Shown: piece by piece, positions 41,637-51,301 of the stretch
Layout: each line of letters begins with the position of its first letter
How positions within the stretch are numbered: position 1 is the first letter of the stretch
DNA from: Vulcanimicrobiota bacterium
GTDB taxonomy: Bacteria > Vulcanimicrobiota > Vulcanimicrobiia > Vulcanimicrobiales > Vulcanimicrobiaceae
Length of the DNA: 64,000 bases
Reading direction: 5' to 3'
Assembly (NCBI GenBank): GCA_963777315.1
Contig: CAVZQC010000005.1
Location: 128,001 to 192,000 of the forward strand
Translations under genes and position numbers: made by a program
Notes under the pieces: generated by a model
Database searches by the model: none
What the model was told of the DNA's origin: nothing
What the model saw: the letters and a program-made list of their open reading frames with translations, nothing else

Positions 41637-42350
41637 ATGAGCAGTTTGAAGTTTTCCATCGTCATTCCAACGTACAACGAGGCCGGCGGCATCGAGCGGC
41701 TTGTGCGCTCGGTGAGCGAGGTCTTTGCGCAAAACGGCCTGGACGGCGAAATGATCGTCGTCGATGACAACTCGCCCGACGGCACCGGCGCCATCGTCGA
41801 CAACCTTGCCGCGCAGCTGCCCGTGCGATGCCTTCATCGACCCGGAAAGCTCGGGCTGTCCAGCGGCGTCATCGACGGATGGAAATTTGCGCGGCCCGAT
41901 TCGCAGGCGCTCGGTGCGATGGACGCCGACTTCAGCCACGACGTCAACGTGCTGCCGAACATGGTTCGAGCGCTCGAAAACGGCTACGGGCTGGCGGTGG
42001 GCAGCCGGTACGTCAGCGGCGGCGGGATCACGAATTGGCCGTGGAAACGAATCGTCACCTCGAAGATTGCCTGCATGCTCGCACAGCCCCTCACGCGCAT
42101 CAAAGACATCACGAGCGGTTACTTTCTGGTTCGCCGCGAGGCGCTCGAAGGAGTTCGCCTGGACCCGATCGGTTTCAAAATCGGTTTGGAAGTGATCGCC
42201 AAGGCCCACTACGGCACCGCACTCGAGGTGCCGTACGTGTTTACCGACCGCGTTCACGGCGAGTCCAAATTGAACGAAAAAGAAGTGTTCAATTATCTCA
42301 AGCAACTGCGCAAACTGTACGCTGCGCGCTTGTTTTCGAGGGCCCAATAG
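41637..42350 (+). CDS. Polyprenol-phosphate mannosyltransferase-like GT2
   Basis: IPTYNE, VDDNSPDGT, MDADFSH, GSRY, DRVHGESKL. Confidence 0.92.
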   Translation: MSSLKFSIVIPTYNEAGGIERLVRSVSEVFAQNGLDGEMIVVDDNSPDGTGAIVDNLAAQLPVRCLHRPGKLGLSSGVIDGWKFARPDSQALGAMDADFSHDVNVLPNMVRALENGYGLAVGSRYVSGGGITNWPWKRIVTSKIACMLAQPLTRIKDITSGYFLVRREALEGVRLDPIGFKIGLEVIAKAHYGTALEVPYVFTDRVHGESKLNEKEVFNYLKQLRKLYAARLFSRAQ

Positions 42351-42355
42351 TGCCG

Positions 42356-43210
42356 ATGCCGGACTGGCTGCGCCGCCGGCGCACGAAGGCCGCCAAGAAC
42401 GACGAAGCTGCGCTATGGACCAAATGCCCGGCGTGCGGCGAAGTGCTCTATCGTCAGGACGTCGCGGCCAACCTTTGGGTTTGTCCCAAATGCAGCCATC
42501 ATTTCCGTATGAGCGCGCACGACCGCATCAGCACGCTGGTCGACTCGGATTTTACCGAGATCGGCAACGAGGTGCTCCCGGGCGATCCGCTGCAGTGGGT
42601 GGACAAAAAGAGTTACGCCTCCAAACTGGATGCCGATCGCGAGAAGTCGCAGCTCAGCGAAGGCGTGGTCTGCGGTTTTGGGCAGATCGCCGGACATGAC
42701 GTGGCGCTGGGGGTGATGGATTTTCATTTTCGCGGCGGCACGATGGGAACGGCCGTGGGCGAACGCATTACCTTGCTTTTGGAAGAAGCGCTCAGGCGAA
42801 GGATTCCCTGCGTCATCTTCACCGCCAGCGGCGGCGCGCGCATGGAAGAAGGCATGCTCGCGCTCATGCAAATGGCGAAAACGACCTCCGCGGTCGCTCG
42901 TTTCATGCAGGACGGCAACGTGTTCATCACCGTGCTCACCGATCCGACGACGGGCGGGGTTTCTGCGTCCTTTGCATTTCAATCCGACCTCATCTTGTCC
43001 GAGCCTCGCGCAATGATCGGCTTTGCCGGCCGGCGCGTGATCGAGCAGACGATCCGGCAAAAACTTCCCGATCAATTTCAAACGGCAGAATTTTTGCTCG
43101 ATAAAGGGCACATCGACATGGTCGTGGAGCGCGCGCAGATGAAACCGACTCTGGCCAGACTGCTCGACTATGCCGCCCAAGGCCGCCGCGTGGAAGCCGG
43201 TATCTCGTGA
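42356..43210 (+). CDS. accD: Acetyl-CoA carboxylase carboxyltransferase beta subunit
   Basis: WTKCPAC...CPKC zinc finger, SGGARMEEG, PTTGGVSASF, FQTAEFLL. Confidence 0.96.
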   Translation: MPDWLRRRRTKAAKNDEAALWTKCPACGEVLYRQDVAANLWVCPKCSHHFRMSAHDRISTLVDSDFTEIGNEVLPGDPLQWVDKKSYASKLDADREKSQLSEGVVCGFGQIAGHDVALGVMDFHFRGGTMGTAVGERITLLLEEALRRRIPCVIFTASGGARMEEGMLALMQMAKTTSAVARFMQDGNVFITVLTDPTTGGVSASFAFQSDLILSEPRAMIGFAGRRVIEQTIRQKLPDQFQTAEFLLDKGHIDMVVERAQMKPTLARLLDYAAQGRRVEAGIS

Positions 43211-44154
43211 ATTTGATCGTCGAGCGCGAAAAGGGTCTGCTCGAACTCGAGCGCCGCATCGACGAACTGCGCGCGGCTAACGCGCAGCAGCCCGTCGATA
43301 TGTCGGCCGAGATTCTTGCACTGGAGACGAAATACGGCGAAATCCAGCGCGAAGTCTTCGGATCGCTCACGCCGTGGGAGAAAGTTCACATGGCGCGGCA
43401 CCCCGCGCGTCCGACTTCTGCCGATTATCTTTCGCAGTTCGGCGCGTTCGACGAATTGCACGGCGACCGCCAATTTCGCGACGATCGCGCCATTATTGCG
43501 GGGCTGACCACGCTGCGTGGCCGCGCCGTGATGGCGATAGGCGAGCAGCGCGGCCGGGACACCAAGGAAAACGTCGAGCGCAACTTCGGCATGCCGTCGC
43601 CCGAGGGATATCGCAAGGTGCAGCGCCTTGCGCACTTAGCCGGGCGCCTGGGCGTGCCGATAGTCACGTTCGTGGATACCAAAGGCGCCGACCCTTCAGC
43701 CGGATCCGAAGAGCGCGCGCAGTCCGAAGCAATCGCCGCGTGTTTGTACGAGTTCACCATCGTTCCGGTTCCGATCGTGGCGGCCGTCATCGGTGAAGGC
43801 GGAAGCGGCGGCGCGCTGGCGCTCAGCATCGCCGACCGGATCGTCATGCTCGAACACAGTTACTATTCGGTAGCTAGTCCCGAAGGCTGCGCGGCGATTC
43901 TTTGGAGCGATGCGTCCAAGGCCGACGAGGCGGCGTCGCATTTGAAGTTGACCGCGCAGGATTTGCACGGGTTTGGAATCGTCGACGAGATCGTGCCCGA
44001 GCCGTTGGGCGGAGCGCACCGCGATCCGGCGGGAACCATCGAGCGCGTGCTGAACGCTATCGACCAGGCGCTCGCGCAGCTGTGCGTAACGGCGCCGGAC
44101 CGGTTACGAGAGGGTCGATATCTGAAATATCGGCGGATAGGCATAACCCCGTGA
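43207..44154 (+). CDS. accA: Acetyl-CoA carboxylase carboxyltransferase alpha subunit
   Basis: ARHPARP, ELHGDR, NFGMPSPEGYRK, GEGGSGGAL, EPLGGAH. Confidence 0.97.
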   Translation: MNLIVEREKGLLELERRIDELRAANAQQPVDMSAEILALETKYGEIQREVFGSLTPWEKVHMARHPARPTSADYLSQFGAFDELHGDRQFRDDRAIIAGLTTLRGRAVMAIGEQRGRDTKENVERNFGMPSPEGYRKVQRLAHLAGRLGVPIVTFVDTKGADPSAGSEERAQSEAIAACLYEFTIVPVPIVAAVIGEGGSGGALALSIADRIVMLEHSYYSVASPEGCAAILWSDASKADEAASHLKLTAQDLHGFGIVDEIVPEPLGGAHRDPAGTIERVLNAIDQALAQLCVTAPDRLREGRYLKYRRIGITP

Positions 44155-44465
44155 AACGCAGCGCTGCCGGCTTGGTGCGTTTATTGAGCCGCCTGGTTTT
44201 CGTTTGCGTTTCCGTCGTCGTGCTCACGCTGGTCTCCATACAATTTGCGCGCATCGTCGGCGAAAACATCGCCATGGCGCAGTCGCTGGCATCGGTTCGC
44301 CACGACGTTCGCGCGCTCGACGAGCGAACGCGCCGCGACCGTAGCGAGATGCGCCGCCTGCTGGATCCGCAAGGCGCCGTGCCGGCCATTCACCAGCGCC
44401 TGCATCTGGTGGCGCCCGGCGAAGCGATCATCTACGTCAAACGCGCGTCCGCCGGCCATCCGTGA
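44151..44465 (+). CDS. FtsB/DivIC-like septum formation initiator
   Basis: TM helix, coiled coil, LHLVAPGE tail; context (followed by an S1-like gene and ppx). Confidence 0.68.
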   Translation: MKRSAAGLVRLLSRLVFVCVSVVVLTLVSIQFARIVGENIAMAQSLASVRHDVRALDERTRRDRSEMRRLLDPQGAVPAIHQRLHLVAPGEAIIYVKRASAGHP

Positions 44466-44824
44466 ACGATACCGAACGCGGAACGGTCATCAACGTCAAT
44501 GCATACGGGGCTACGGTTCGACTGAGCGGGGGCCGCTTGGCGAGCGCGCCGCTGGTCGACGTCGAAAAACATCGCGCCGACTACGAGCGCGCGATCGCGG
44601 CGCGCAAAGCGCTCGAGTTCGTCGTGCGGCAGACGGAACGCCGCACGCTCGTGATGCTCGCGCCGCAACTGCGCGACGAGCAGCTCGAAGAGCAAATCGC
44701 CGGCTATCTCAAGATGACGCAGGAGTGGGACAAACCGGATGCTCCGCCCGCGCACGAGCGGCACTTTCTGCGCAAGAAAAAACGCGCCGCTCTCTTCCAA
44801 TCGCGCCATTCGCAAGAGCGGTGA
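44462..44824 (+). CDS. Small S1-domain-like protein (YabR/YugI-like)
   Basis: GTVINVNAYGATVRL; LEEQIAGYLK tail; position after the divIC-like gene. Confidence 0.55.
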   Translation: MNDTERGTVINVNAYGATVRLSGGRLASAPLVDVEKHRADYERAIAARKALEFVVRQTERRTLVMLAPQLRDEQLEEQIAGYLKMTQEWDKPDAPPAHERHFLRKKKRAALFQSRHSQER

Positions 44825-45714
44825 CTCGGGCGGTCGTCTCAATCGGAACGAACTCGACGCGTGCTCTGGCTGCCCAGCTCAACGGGCGCGCACGCATTCT
44901 GCTTGCGCGGTCGGTCGGCACGCGGATCGGACAGGGATTGCGCGAACGCGGACGGCTCGACGAAGCTTCAATGGAGCGCACGATCGATGCGGTGCGCGAG
45001 CATACCGCCTGCGTTCGCGAACTGACCGGCGACATTCGCGTCATCGCAACCAGCGCGTTGCGCCGCGCCGACAACGCCGACTTGTTCGCCGGCCGAATTT
45101 TCGACGTTACCGGCGTGCCGCTGGAAATTATTTCGGGAGAAGAAGAAGCGCGGCGCTCGTTTTTGGGAGCGGTGTCCGGAATCGAGTCCGGCGGCGCAAC
45201 GCGCCTGGGCGTAATCGATACCGGCGGCGGCAGCACCGAATACGCCGCCGGCACGAGACGTGCGGCGCAGCATATCGTTTCGTGCGAGATCGGTGCGGTA
45301 CGGTTGACCGAAGCGGTCGCGCAGCTTGCGGGCGGCTCGTCCAAAGTGCCGGATTCCGACATTGCACGCGCGCGCTCGCTGGCTCGCACGGCGCTTTTGC
45401 CGATCACCGGCGTGCCGCCGGTGGATCGATTGCTCTTCGTGGGCGGAAGCGCGACGGCCGCGATAGCGGTCATGCGCGGCGACCGTGCGCCGTTTGCTTA
45501 TGCCGAGCTCACCCGCGCCGCTCTGCGTTCGCTGGTCGAGCGTTTACGCGGGCTCGACCTGCACGCACGCAAGGCGATACCCGGCATGAATCCGCAGCGC
45601 GCCGACATTCTGCTCGCCGGTTTACTCATCGTGGAGCAAGTTTTCGAACTGCTCGCGCACGAGCGGGCGCTCGTTTCGAGCAACGACCTGCTGCTCGGCA
45701 CGCTGCTGCAATGA
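44821..45714 (+). CDS. ppx: Ppx/GppA-family phosphatase
   Basis: SIGTNSTR, ATSALRRA, ISGEEEA, DTGGGSTE, RADILLAG. Confidence 0.9.
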   Translation: MTRAVVSIGTNSTRALAAQLNGRARILLARSVGTRIGQGLRERGRLDEASMERTIDAVREHTACVRELTGDIRVIATSALRRADNADLFAGRIFDVTGVPLEIISGEEEARRSFLGAVSGIESGGATRLGVIDTGGGSTEYAAGTRRAAQHIVSCEIGAVRLTEAVAQLAGGSSKVPDSDIARARSLARTALLPITGVPPVDRLLFVGGSATAAIAVMRGDRAPFAYAELTRAALRSLVERLRGLDLHARKAIPGMNPQRADILLAGLLIVEQVFELLAHERALVSSNDLLLGTLLQ

Positions 45715-45736
45715 AGCAGTTGAGCCGTTCGCTGCG

Positions 45737-46276
45737 TTGAATCAGCCAGGAATGTCAGATGCCGAGGTCTACCGGGCCGTGCTCGATGCCCGACGCGCGT
45801 GGAGCGACTATTTGGATGCCTCAGACGAGGACGAAGACGCGGTGTACGAAGCTTATCTCGAAGCTGCTGCGGAAGCCGTTCCCTTAGTCGGAGGACTTAT
45901 CGAGCTCTGCGTGGAGGCGAATTTGATTGCGATTTCCGCACGCGATCGCGAAGAGCGCTACGTCGATTTAGCCGCCACCAACGCGCGCGTCCACGCCGAC
46001 GCGATCGTTGAAGTCGTCGGCGATATCGTCCTGGGTCACTCCGAAGAATTTCCGGCGTTCGAGCGCCGGACGGCAGCGCAAGACGACGAGGAAACGCGCT
46101 TCAACCGCGCGCGTGAAATGTTCCGCGAAATAAATCGGCCCAACGTTGGCCGGGCCGTGGACGAATTGCGTCAACTACGCGACGAGCTGCTGCGCAGCGG
46201 CCAAGAGACGCACGCCGGCAGGCTGTCGCACATTCTGGCGCTGCTCCAAATTTCGCCGCCTCGTTTAAGCGAGTGA
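45737..46276 (+). CDS. Hypothetical acidic helical protein
   Basis: 179-aa ORF with genome-like codon use in operon position. Confidence 0.65.
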   Translation: MNQPGMSDAEVYRAVLDARRAWSDYLDASDEDEDAVYEAYLEAAAEAVPLVGGLIELCVEANLIAISARDREERYVDLAATNARVHADAIVEVVGDIVLGHSEEFPAFERRTAAQDDEETRFNRAREMFREINRPNVGRAVDELRQLRDELLRSGQETHAGRLSHILALLQISPPRLSE

Positions 46277-46774
46277 CGCTTTGACGCGCCGATAAGCTTG
46301 CCGCGCGCCGATGCGCGCGCGCACGCGGATCTCGTGGCCGCGCTCGGCCGAGTATATCGTCAAAAACGTTTCGAGCTCGCTGAGCAGCTGCGCCGGCAGA
46401 TCGTCCAGCGTTTCGTACCCGTCGGTGCTCAGCGAGGCTTCCTTTCCCGGCAGCAGACACGTGACGTAGCGGTCGTTTTGCGTGCCGTCCTTTTCGATCT
46501 GAAACGCTCCGAGCATTCGCACCGTCAGAATGCAGCCCGGAAACGTCGGTTCATCCATGAGCGCAAGCATGTCCAGTGCGTCGCCGTCGTCGCCCTTGGT
46601 TCGCGGAATGAAACCGTAATCGTACGGCCAGCTCAGCCCGCTCGAAAGCGTTTGCCGCAGCTCGAACGCGCCATCGGCGTGATTCCACGCGTATTTGTGG
46701 CGGCTGCCGCGCGGCGTTTCCACCACGACCCGCAACGTGCCCTCGTCGCCCAATTGCGGATCGATGTCGTGCAC
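46265..46774 (-). CDS. ppa: Inorganic pyrophosphatase (family I)
   Basis: ETPRGSRHKY, YGFIPRT, DGDALD. Confidence 0.9.
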   Translation of the reverse strand: MHDIDPQLGDEGTLRVVVETPRGSRHKYAWNHADGAFELRQTLSSGLSWPYDYGFIPRTKGDDGDALDMLALMDEPTFPGCILTVRMLGAFQIEKDGTQNDRYVTCLLPGKEASLSTDGYETLDDLPAQLLSELETFLTIYSAERGHEIRVRARIGARQAYRRVKASLA

Positions 46775-47139
46775 TACAAGCGCGGAATTCCGGATTCGCT
46801 TCCCGGCACGGGCTGCTGCTGGGTGATTTCTTCGGTCGGCAGACCCGCTTGCCGGTACGCGTCGAATCCGCCGTCCAAAATCGCGACCTGTTCGTATCCC
46901 TGTTCCCGCAGGCGCGCAGCAACGCGCTGCGCGCGTTCGTCATCCTCCGAGTACACGACGATTCGGCTTTCGTGCGGGAGCGGCAGCGTCAACTTGTCTT
47001 CTTCGAGCAGCACCTTCGGATCGTAACGCAGCGCGCCGCGGATCTGTTCGTGCCCCGTGTGCGCGCGCGCATCGATCACCGGCGTGGTGTTCGTGTCCAG
47101 ACTGCTCGCCGGCACCCGCGGGATCGCCTTGTCGTCCAT
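46774..47139 (-). CDS. Rhodanese-like domain protein (no catalytic Cys)
   Basis: VIDAR, IRGA, IVVYS, ILDGGFDAY...GLPTE. Confidence 0.82.
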   Translation of the reverse strand: MDDKAIPRVPASSLDTNTTPVIDARAHTGHEQIRGALRYDPKVLLEEDKLTLPLPHESRIVVYSEDDERAQRVAARLREQGYEQVAILDGGFDAYRQAGLPTEEITQQQPVPGSESGIPRL

Positions 47140-47869
47140 CACTTCTTGCGGCGGTTGGGATTGGCCGGAACTTTGCCGCCGCTGCGGCGCGCTTCGGAAA
47201 GTCCGATCGCGATGGCTTGTTTGCGGCTCTTGACCTTTTTGCCGCTGCGTCCCGACTTGAGTTCGCCGGCATTCATCTCGTGCATCGCGCGCCCGACCTT
47301 GCGGCTTGCCTTCGGCCCGTATTTACGCCCCGAGCTCTTCTTGCGCGTCGACTTCTTGCGTCCGCCGGTCGATTTCTTGCGACCGCCGGTCGATTTTTTG
47401 CGCGAAGCGGTGCTCTTCTTGCGCCCGGTGCTCGTTTTTTTGCGTCCACCGGTCGATTTCTTGCGTCCGCCGGTCGATTTTTTGCGTGAAGCGGTGCTCT
47501 TTTTGCGCCCCGTGCTCGATTTCTTGCGGGTGCTCTTTTTCCGGGATGAGCTTTCTTGCGCTCACCCGTCGATTTCTTGCGCGAGCTGCTGCTCTTGCGC
47601 GAAGACGAAGATTTGCGCCCGTTGCGCGCGCCGGCGCGGGTGACGAACTTGACCATATGTCCGCGCGGGTCGTACAAAAACTCCAGGTTGCTGCGATCGA
47701 AGATATCGAAGAACCTATTCCAGTCCACCTGTTCCAGGCGTTCTTCGGGCTGACCGAAATCGATCCGCAGCATGCCGCCGGTTCCTTCGACGATTGCAGG
47801 ATGCCCGTCGTTGCTCTCGACCCATCGCCGGATCTCACTGTGATCCGTAGTGCGCTGTGCAGTGGCCAC
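47139..47869 (-). CDS. Stress-type protein: N-terminal globular domain + (RKKSTGG)n histone-like repeats + DUF6496; one frameshift near 47555
   Basis: TTDHSEIRRWVE...LRIDF domain; RKKST heptads continue in the -1 frame to KVGRAMHEMNAGELKSGRSGKKVKSRKQAIAIGLSEARR; GGAGG SD. Confidence 0.75.
47340..47610 (-). repeat. Coding 21-bp tandem repeats (RKKSTxx) with a higher-order 84-bp duplication
   Basis: Repeated ggtcgatttcttgcg / ggtgctcttcttgcg units. Confidence 0.85.
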
Positions 47870-47898
47870 GTGTACCTCCAATCTTTTCCCGACTGTGG

Positions 47899-47924
47899 TT
47901 ACCCGCAGCGTCGCCGGGAGAAAC
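47899..47924 (-). promoter_or_regulatory. SigB/SigF-type promoter
   Basis: Minus strand GTTT-N16-GGGTAA, 30 nt upstream of the start codon. Confidence 0.6.
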
Positions 47925-47929
47925 GCCCG

Positions 47930-48157
47930 TTAAACTCCGCCGCTGCTCGGTGCGCTGTCGGTGTCGCCCGACGACTTGCGCACCAGCGCGGTTTTCAGAT
48001 GCTCGCGAAGCTGCGCGAGGGCCGGATCCAGGCCGCCCGCTTGATCCAAACGCTCCAAAGCCAAAAGGATGCGGTTTGCCTGCGGCGCGTCCATCCGCAC
48101 CGCCAGCGTTCCGTGAGCGGCGTCGTAACGCGAAATGCCGGCGTTTAATCCAGCCAC
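47930..48157 (-). CDS. Small hypothetical protein
   Basis: 75 aa, AAGGA SD, last gene of the glycan operon. Confidence 0.55.
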   Translation of the reverse strand: MAGLNAGISRYDAAHGTLAVRMDAPQANRILLALERLDQAGGLDPALAQLREHLKTALVRKSSGDTDSAPSSGGV

Positions 48158-48166
48158 GGTAGTCCT

Positions 48167-49153
48167 TTACCCGGCGCGAGCGATTTGCAACAACGCGCGC
48201 AGCTGCTCGGCGACTTCGTCGACGCCGATCGAGGCAAGCCCCGGATCGACGAACGGTGCGTGGGGATCGCCCAGCGTGCCGCGCCAGATGACTCGATGGT
48301 ACGGGCGGCTGGGCGGAGGCCCCCAATAGCGCGGACTGGTCGGTCCGAACAGAATGACCGAGGGCGTCGCAAGCGCCGTGGCAATGTGCGCGATCCCGGT
48401 ATCGCCGCAAACGAGCGCTTGAGCCGATGCCACGATGCACGCCAGCTGCGTCAGATCGGTGCTGCCTGCCGTTACCGCGTGTAGGGGAAGCCCCGCGGCT
48501 TTAGCGATGAACCGGCATCGCCGGAATTCGCGGCTTGAACCGGTCAGGAGCATGCGATGGCCGTCGGCGCGCAGTCGCGAGCAGAGGTCGATCCACCGCT
48601 GGGTCGGCCAGCGTCGCGATTCGCTGGCCGCGCCCGGATGAACGACGATTGCTCCGCGCGCGCGAACGTCGCCGCGTGGTGCGCAAATCTCCAGATCGTT
48701 CGGATCGGCGGGTATTCCGCTTTCGCGCAGCATTCGGCACCAGCGGTCGATCTCGTGTTCGTCGGCGCGCCACTCGGGGAACCCTAGGGTCTGCGGTATC
48801 TCGGCGTTAGCGAACGCAATGAGTCTGCGCGGCTGCGTTTGCAAAACGATGCGGTGGCTTTGCGGGCCGCGGCCGTGCAGATTGACGGCGACGTCGACGT
48901 CCATCAAACCGTCGTCGAGCGGTTCGAGCGGAGCGGCGTCGATGACTTCGTCCACGCCGCCGCATAAAGCGACGAGTGGAGCGAGATAGATGGGCGCGGC
49001 CAGAACGCGATAGTGCGCGGGAAACGCTCGCGCGCAAGCTCGAATTGCAGGCACCGCCGCCAGCAGATCGCCCAAGCCGAGCGCGCGCAGCATGACCAGC
49101 GTGGGCCGCGAAGTGACGACTGCATTGGGACGCGCGCGCGAGGATGGTGCCAT
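48167..49153 (-). CDS. Glycosyltransferase family 9 (heptosyltransferase-like)
   Basis: LRALGLGDLL, VHPGA, RRWP, CGDTGIAH, LFGPT. Confidence 0.9.
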   Translation of the reverse strand: MAPSSRARPNAVVTSRPTLVMLRALGLGDLLAAVPAIRACARAFPAHYRVLAAPIYLAPLVALCGGVDEVIDAAPLEPLDDGLMDVDVAVNLHGRGPQSHRIVLQTQPRRLIAFANAEIPQTLGFPEWRADEHEIDRWCRMLRESGIPADPNDLEICAPRGDVRARGAIVVHPGAASESRRWPTQRWIDLCSRLRADGHRMLLTGSSREFRRCRFIAKAAGLPLHAVTAGSTDLTQLACIVASAQALVCGDTGIAHIATALATPSVILFGPTSPRYWGPPPSRPYHRVIWRGTLGDPHAPFVDPGLASIGVDEVAEQLRALLQIARAG

Positions 49154-49160
49154 CGCGTGT

Positions 49161-50372
49161 TTACGAGGCGCGTCGCGCGAAAGCGTGTTGCGTGATGACG
49201 TCGTTGTACACCGCCAAGGTGTCGTTCGCAATGCGCGTCCAGCCGTAACGCCTGTTGGCGCGGCGCGTCGCGGCGAGCGCGAGCTCGGCGCAGCGCCGCT
49301 GATTTCCCAGCAGGTGTTTCAACGCCTGCGCGAGCGCGGCCGGCGAACGCGGCGGCACGTGAACGCCCGTTACGCCGTTGACGACGCTGTCCACCAAACC
49401 GCCGACCTGCGCGACGACCACGGGAACGCCGCACGCCATGGCTTCGAGCGGAACGATTCCGAACGGTTCGTACCACGGATAACACACGACCGCATCCGCC
49501 GAACGCAGCAGCGGCGGCACGCTCGAACGTTCGACGCGTCCGCGAAACACGACCCGATCGGCAACGCGCAAATCGCGCGCGAGTTTCTGCAATCGGCAGG
49601 CCTCGGGATCTTCAGGCAGCAGCGCAGCTTCGGGACCGCCGGCGATGACGAGCTCGACGTCGGGCAGCAGTTCCAACGCGGTGATGACGTCGGCGATTCC
49701 TTTGCGCTCGACCAAACGGGACAGGCATACGAGGCGCTTGCGCCTGCGGTCACGGCCTTCGACCGGACCTAGGGGTTGGAACGACGCCAAGTCGACTCCG
49801 CACGGTACGACGGCAATCTTGGCCATGTCGGCGCCCATGCGCACCAGTTCGAATGCTTCGGCCGTCGAGGTTGCGACGATGCGGTTCGCCTCGCGTGCAA
49901 TTCGGCACTCTTCGTCCAGTCGCGATCGCGGGCTGGTGTCTTTGGAACCCTGATAGCGGCGCTTTTCCACGCCGAGCGCGTGGAACGTCTGCACGACCGG
50001 TATTTCCAGCGGTGACGCGGCGTCCAGGCATGCTTTGCCCGACATCCAGAAGTGCGCGTGAACGACGTCGGGGCGATCGTGGTTCCACCGCTCGCCAAGA
50101 TACTGCGCGAACTGTCCCATGTAGGGCAGCAAACGATCCTTTTCGACGTTTGTCTGCGGGCCGGCAGGAACGTGTTCCACCGTTACGCCCGGCGCATACT
50201 CTACGCGAACCGGCAGCGCCGCGTCGTCGCGGCGGGTGAAAACCGTTACGTGCGCGCCTTGCTGCGACATCGCTTCGGCGAGCGCGGCCACGTGAACGTT
50301 CTGGCCGCCCGCGTCGACGCCGCCCAGCACCGCAAGAGGGCTGGCATGTTCGGATACCATCGCAATTTTCAA
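49161..50372 (-). CDS. Glycosyltransferase family 4 (MshA-like)
   Basis: SEHASPLA...DAGGQNVHV, HAHFWMSG, EPFGIVPLEAMACG. Confidence 0.92.
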   Translation of the reverse strand: MKIAMVSEHASPLAVLGGVDAGGQNVHVAALAEAMSQQGAHVTVFTRRDDAALPVRVEYAPGVTVEHVPAGPQTNVEKDRLLPYMGQFAQYLGERWNHDRPDVVHAHFWMSGKACLDAASPLEIPVVQTFHALGVEKRRYQGSKDTSPRSRLDEECRIAREANRIVATSTAEAFELVRMGADMAKIAVVPCGVDLASFQPLGPVEGRDRRRKRLVCLSRLVERKGIADVITALELLPDVELVIAGGPEAALLPEDPEACRLQKLARDLRVADRVVFRGRVERSSVPPLLRSADAVVCYPWYEPFGIVPLEAMACGVPVVVAQVGGLVDSVVNGVTGVHVPPRSPAALAQALKHLLGNQRRCAELALAATRRANRRYGWTRIANDTLAVYNDVITQHAFARRAS

Positions 50373-51301
50373 CTTACGACCTCCTGCAATAGACGGTCCC
50401 AATCGCCGAGAAATCGATCCAAGCCGTAGCGCGCTTTGGCGTGGGCGCGCGCATTGCGTCCGAGCTGCGTGCACCGATCCGGCTCGCGCAGCAGGCGTTC
50501 GAGCGACTCGACGAGGGCAGCAACGTTGGTAGAGATGATTCCGGTGCCTGCCGGAACCGCTTCGGGCACTTCGGTGGTGGCCAGCGCGACGACGGGCATT
50601 CCCAAATGCATCGCCTCGATGAGTGAAAGACCCAGCGACGTCCACCGGATCGGATGCAGGTAGACGCGCCGGCGCGCAATTTCACCGTGCAGCCGCTCCT
50701 GCGGCAAGTTCTCGAATCCGCCGCGCGCGCCCGCGCCCATTCCGAACAATTCGACGGGCACGCACGATTCAAACCGTCCGAGCAGATCCGTTCCGGTTAC
50801 GCGCGCACGTCGCTGGGGTTCGTTGATGACCACGGCGCACGAGGCGACTTCGCCCGTATAGCGGTAGCCGGGATCGACGATTCCGTGTTCGACGACGTAC
50901 GTGGGTCGATCGCCGCAATCCCAAAACAGATCGTTGAAGTTCGTCACGTGCACGACCGATACGCCCGGCCAGTCGGCAGCGGGATGGCGCATCGCGTTGA
51001 TTTGGCCTTGCGGCGCGTTGTGCTCGACGTAAATCGCCGGCACGTCGATTCCGGGACGTAGGCCAAGCCACGTTTGCGCGAGATCGTATTCGTGCGGGCG
51101 CTGCAGGATCACGACGTCCGGTTTGAGAGTGCGCGCGTCTTGCGGGCCGATTTCCCGAACGTTTTCCGGCCACTGCCAAGTTTGCGCGCGTCCGCGTCCG
51201 TCGGCGCTGCGATCGGGCAGCACGGGTACGGCATAGTCGTGACCGCCGTGAACGAACGCCGTCATCCACGATCCGTGCACGTGCCAGGCGAAGATCTTCA
51301 T
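50369..51301 (-). CDS. Glycosyltransferase (GT4-like)
   Basis: WHVHGSW N-terminus, RWTSLGLSLIEAM. Confidence 0.88.
   Translation of the reverse strand: MKIFAWHVHGSWMTAFVHGGHDYAVPVLPDRSADGRGRAQTWQWPENVREIGPQDARTLKPDVVILQRPHEYDLAQTWLGLRPGIDVPAIYVEHNAPQGQINAMRHPAADWPGVSVVHVTNFNDLFWDCGDRPTYVVEHGIVDPGYRYTGEVASCAVVINEPQRRARVTGTDLLGRFESCVPVELFGMGAGARGGFENLPQERLHGEIARRRVYLHPIRWTSLGLSLIEAMHLGMPVVALATTEVPEAVPAGTGIISTNVAALVESLERLLREPDRCTQLGRNARAHAKARYGLDRFLGDWDRLLQEVVS

Noticed and set aside
41828..42355. N-terminal extension of accD (likewise the extensions of ppx, gmhB, the GT genes and the NiCoT gene in the ORF track)
   Set aside because: These overlap the upstream genes out of frame; real starts are at the stop/start junctions
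47340..47610. 21-bp repeats as a CRISPR or iteron array
   Set aside because: Contiguous with no unique spacers; synonymous variation preserves RKKST, so the repeats are coding
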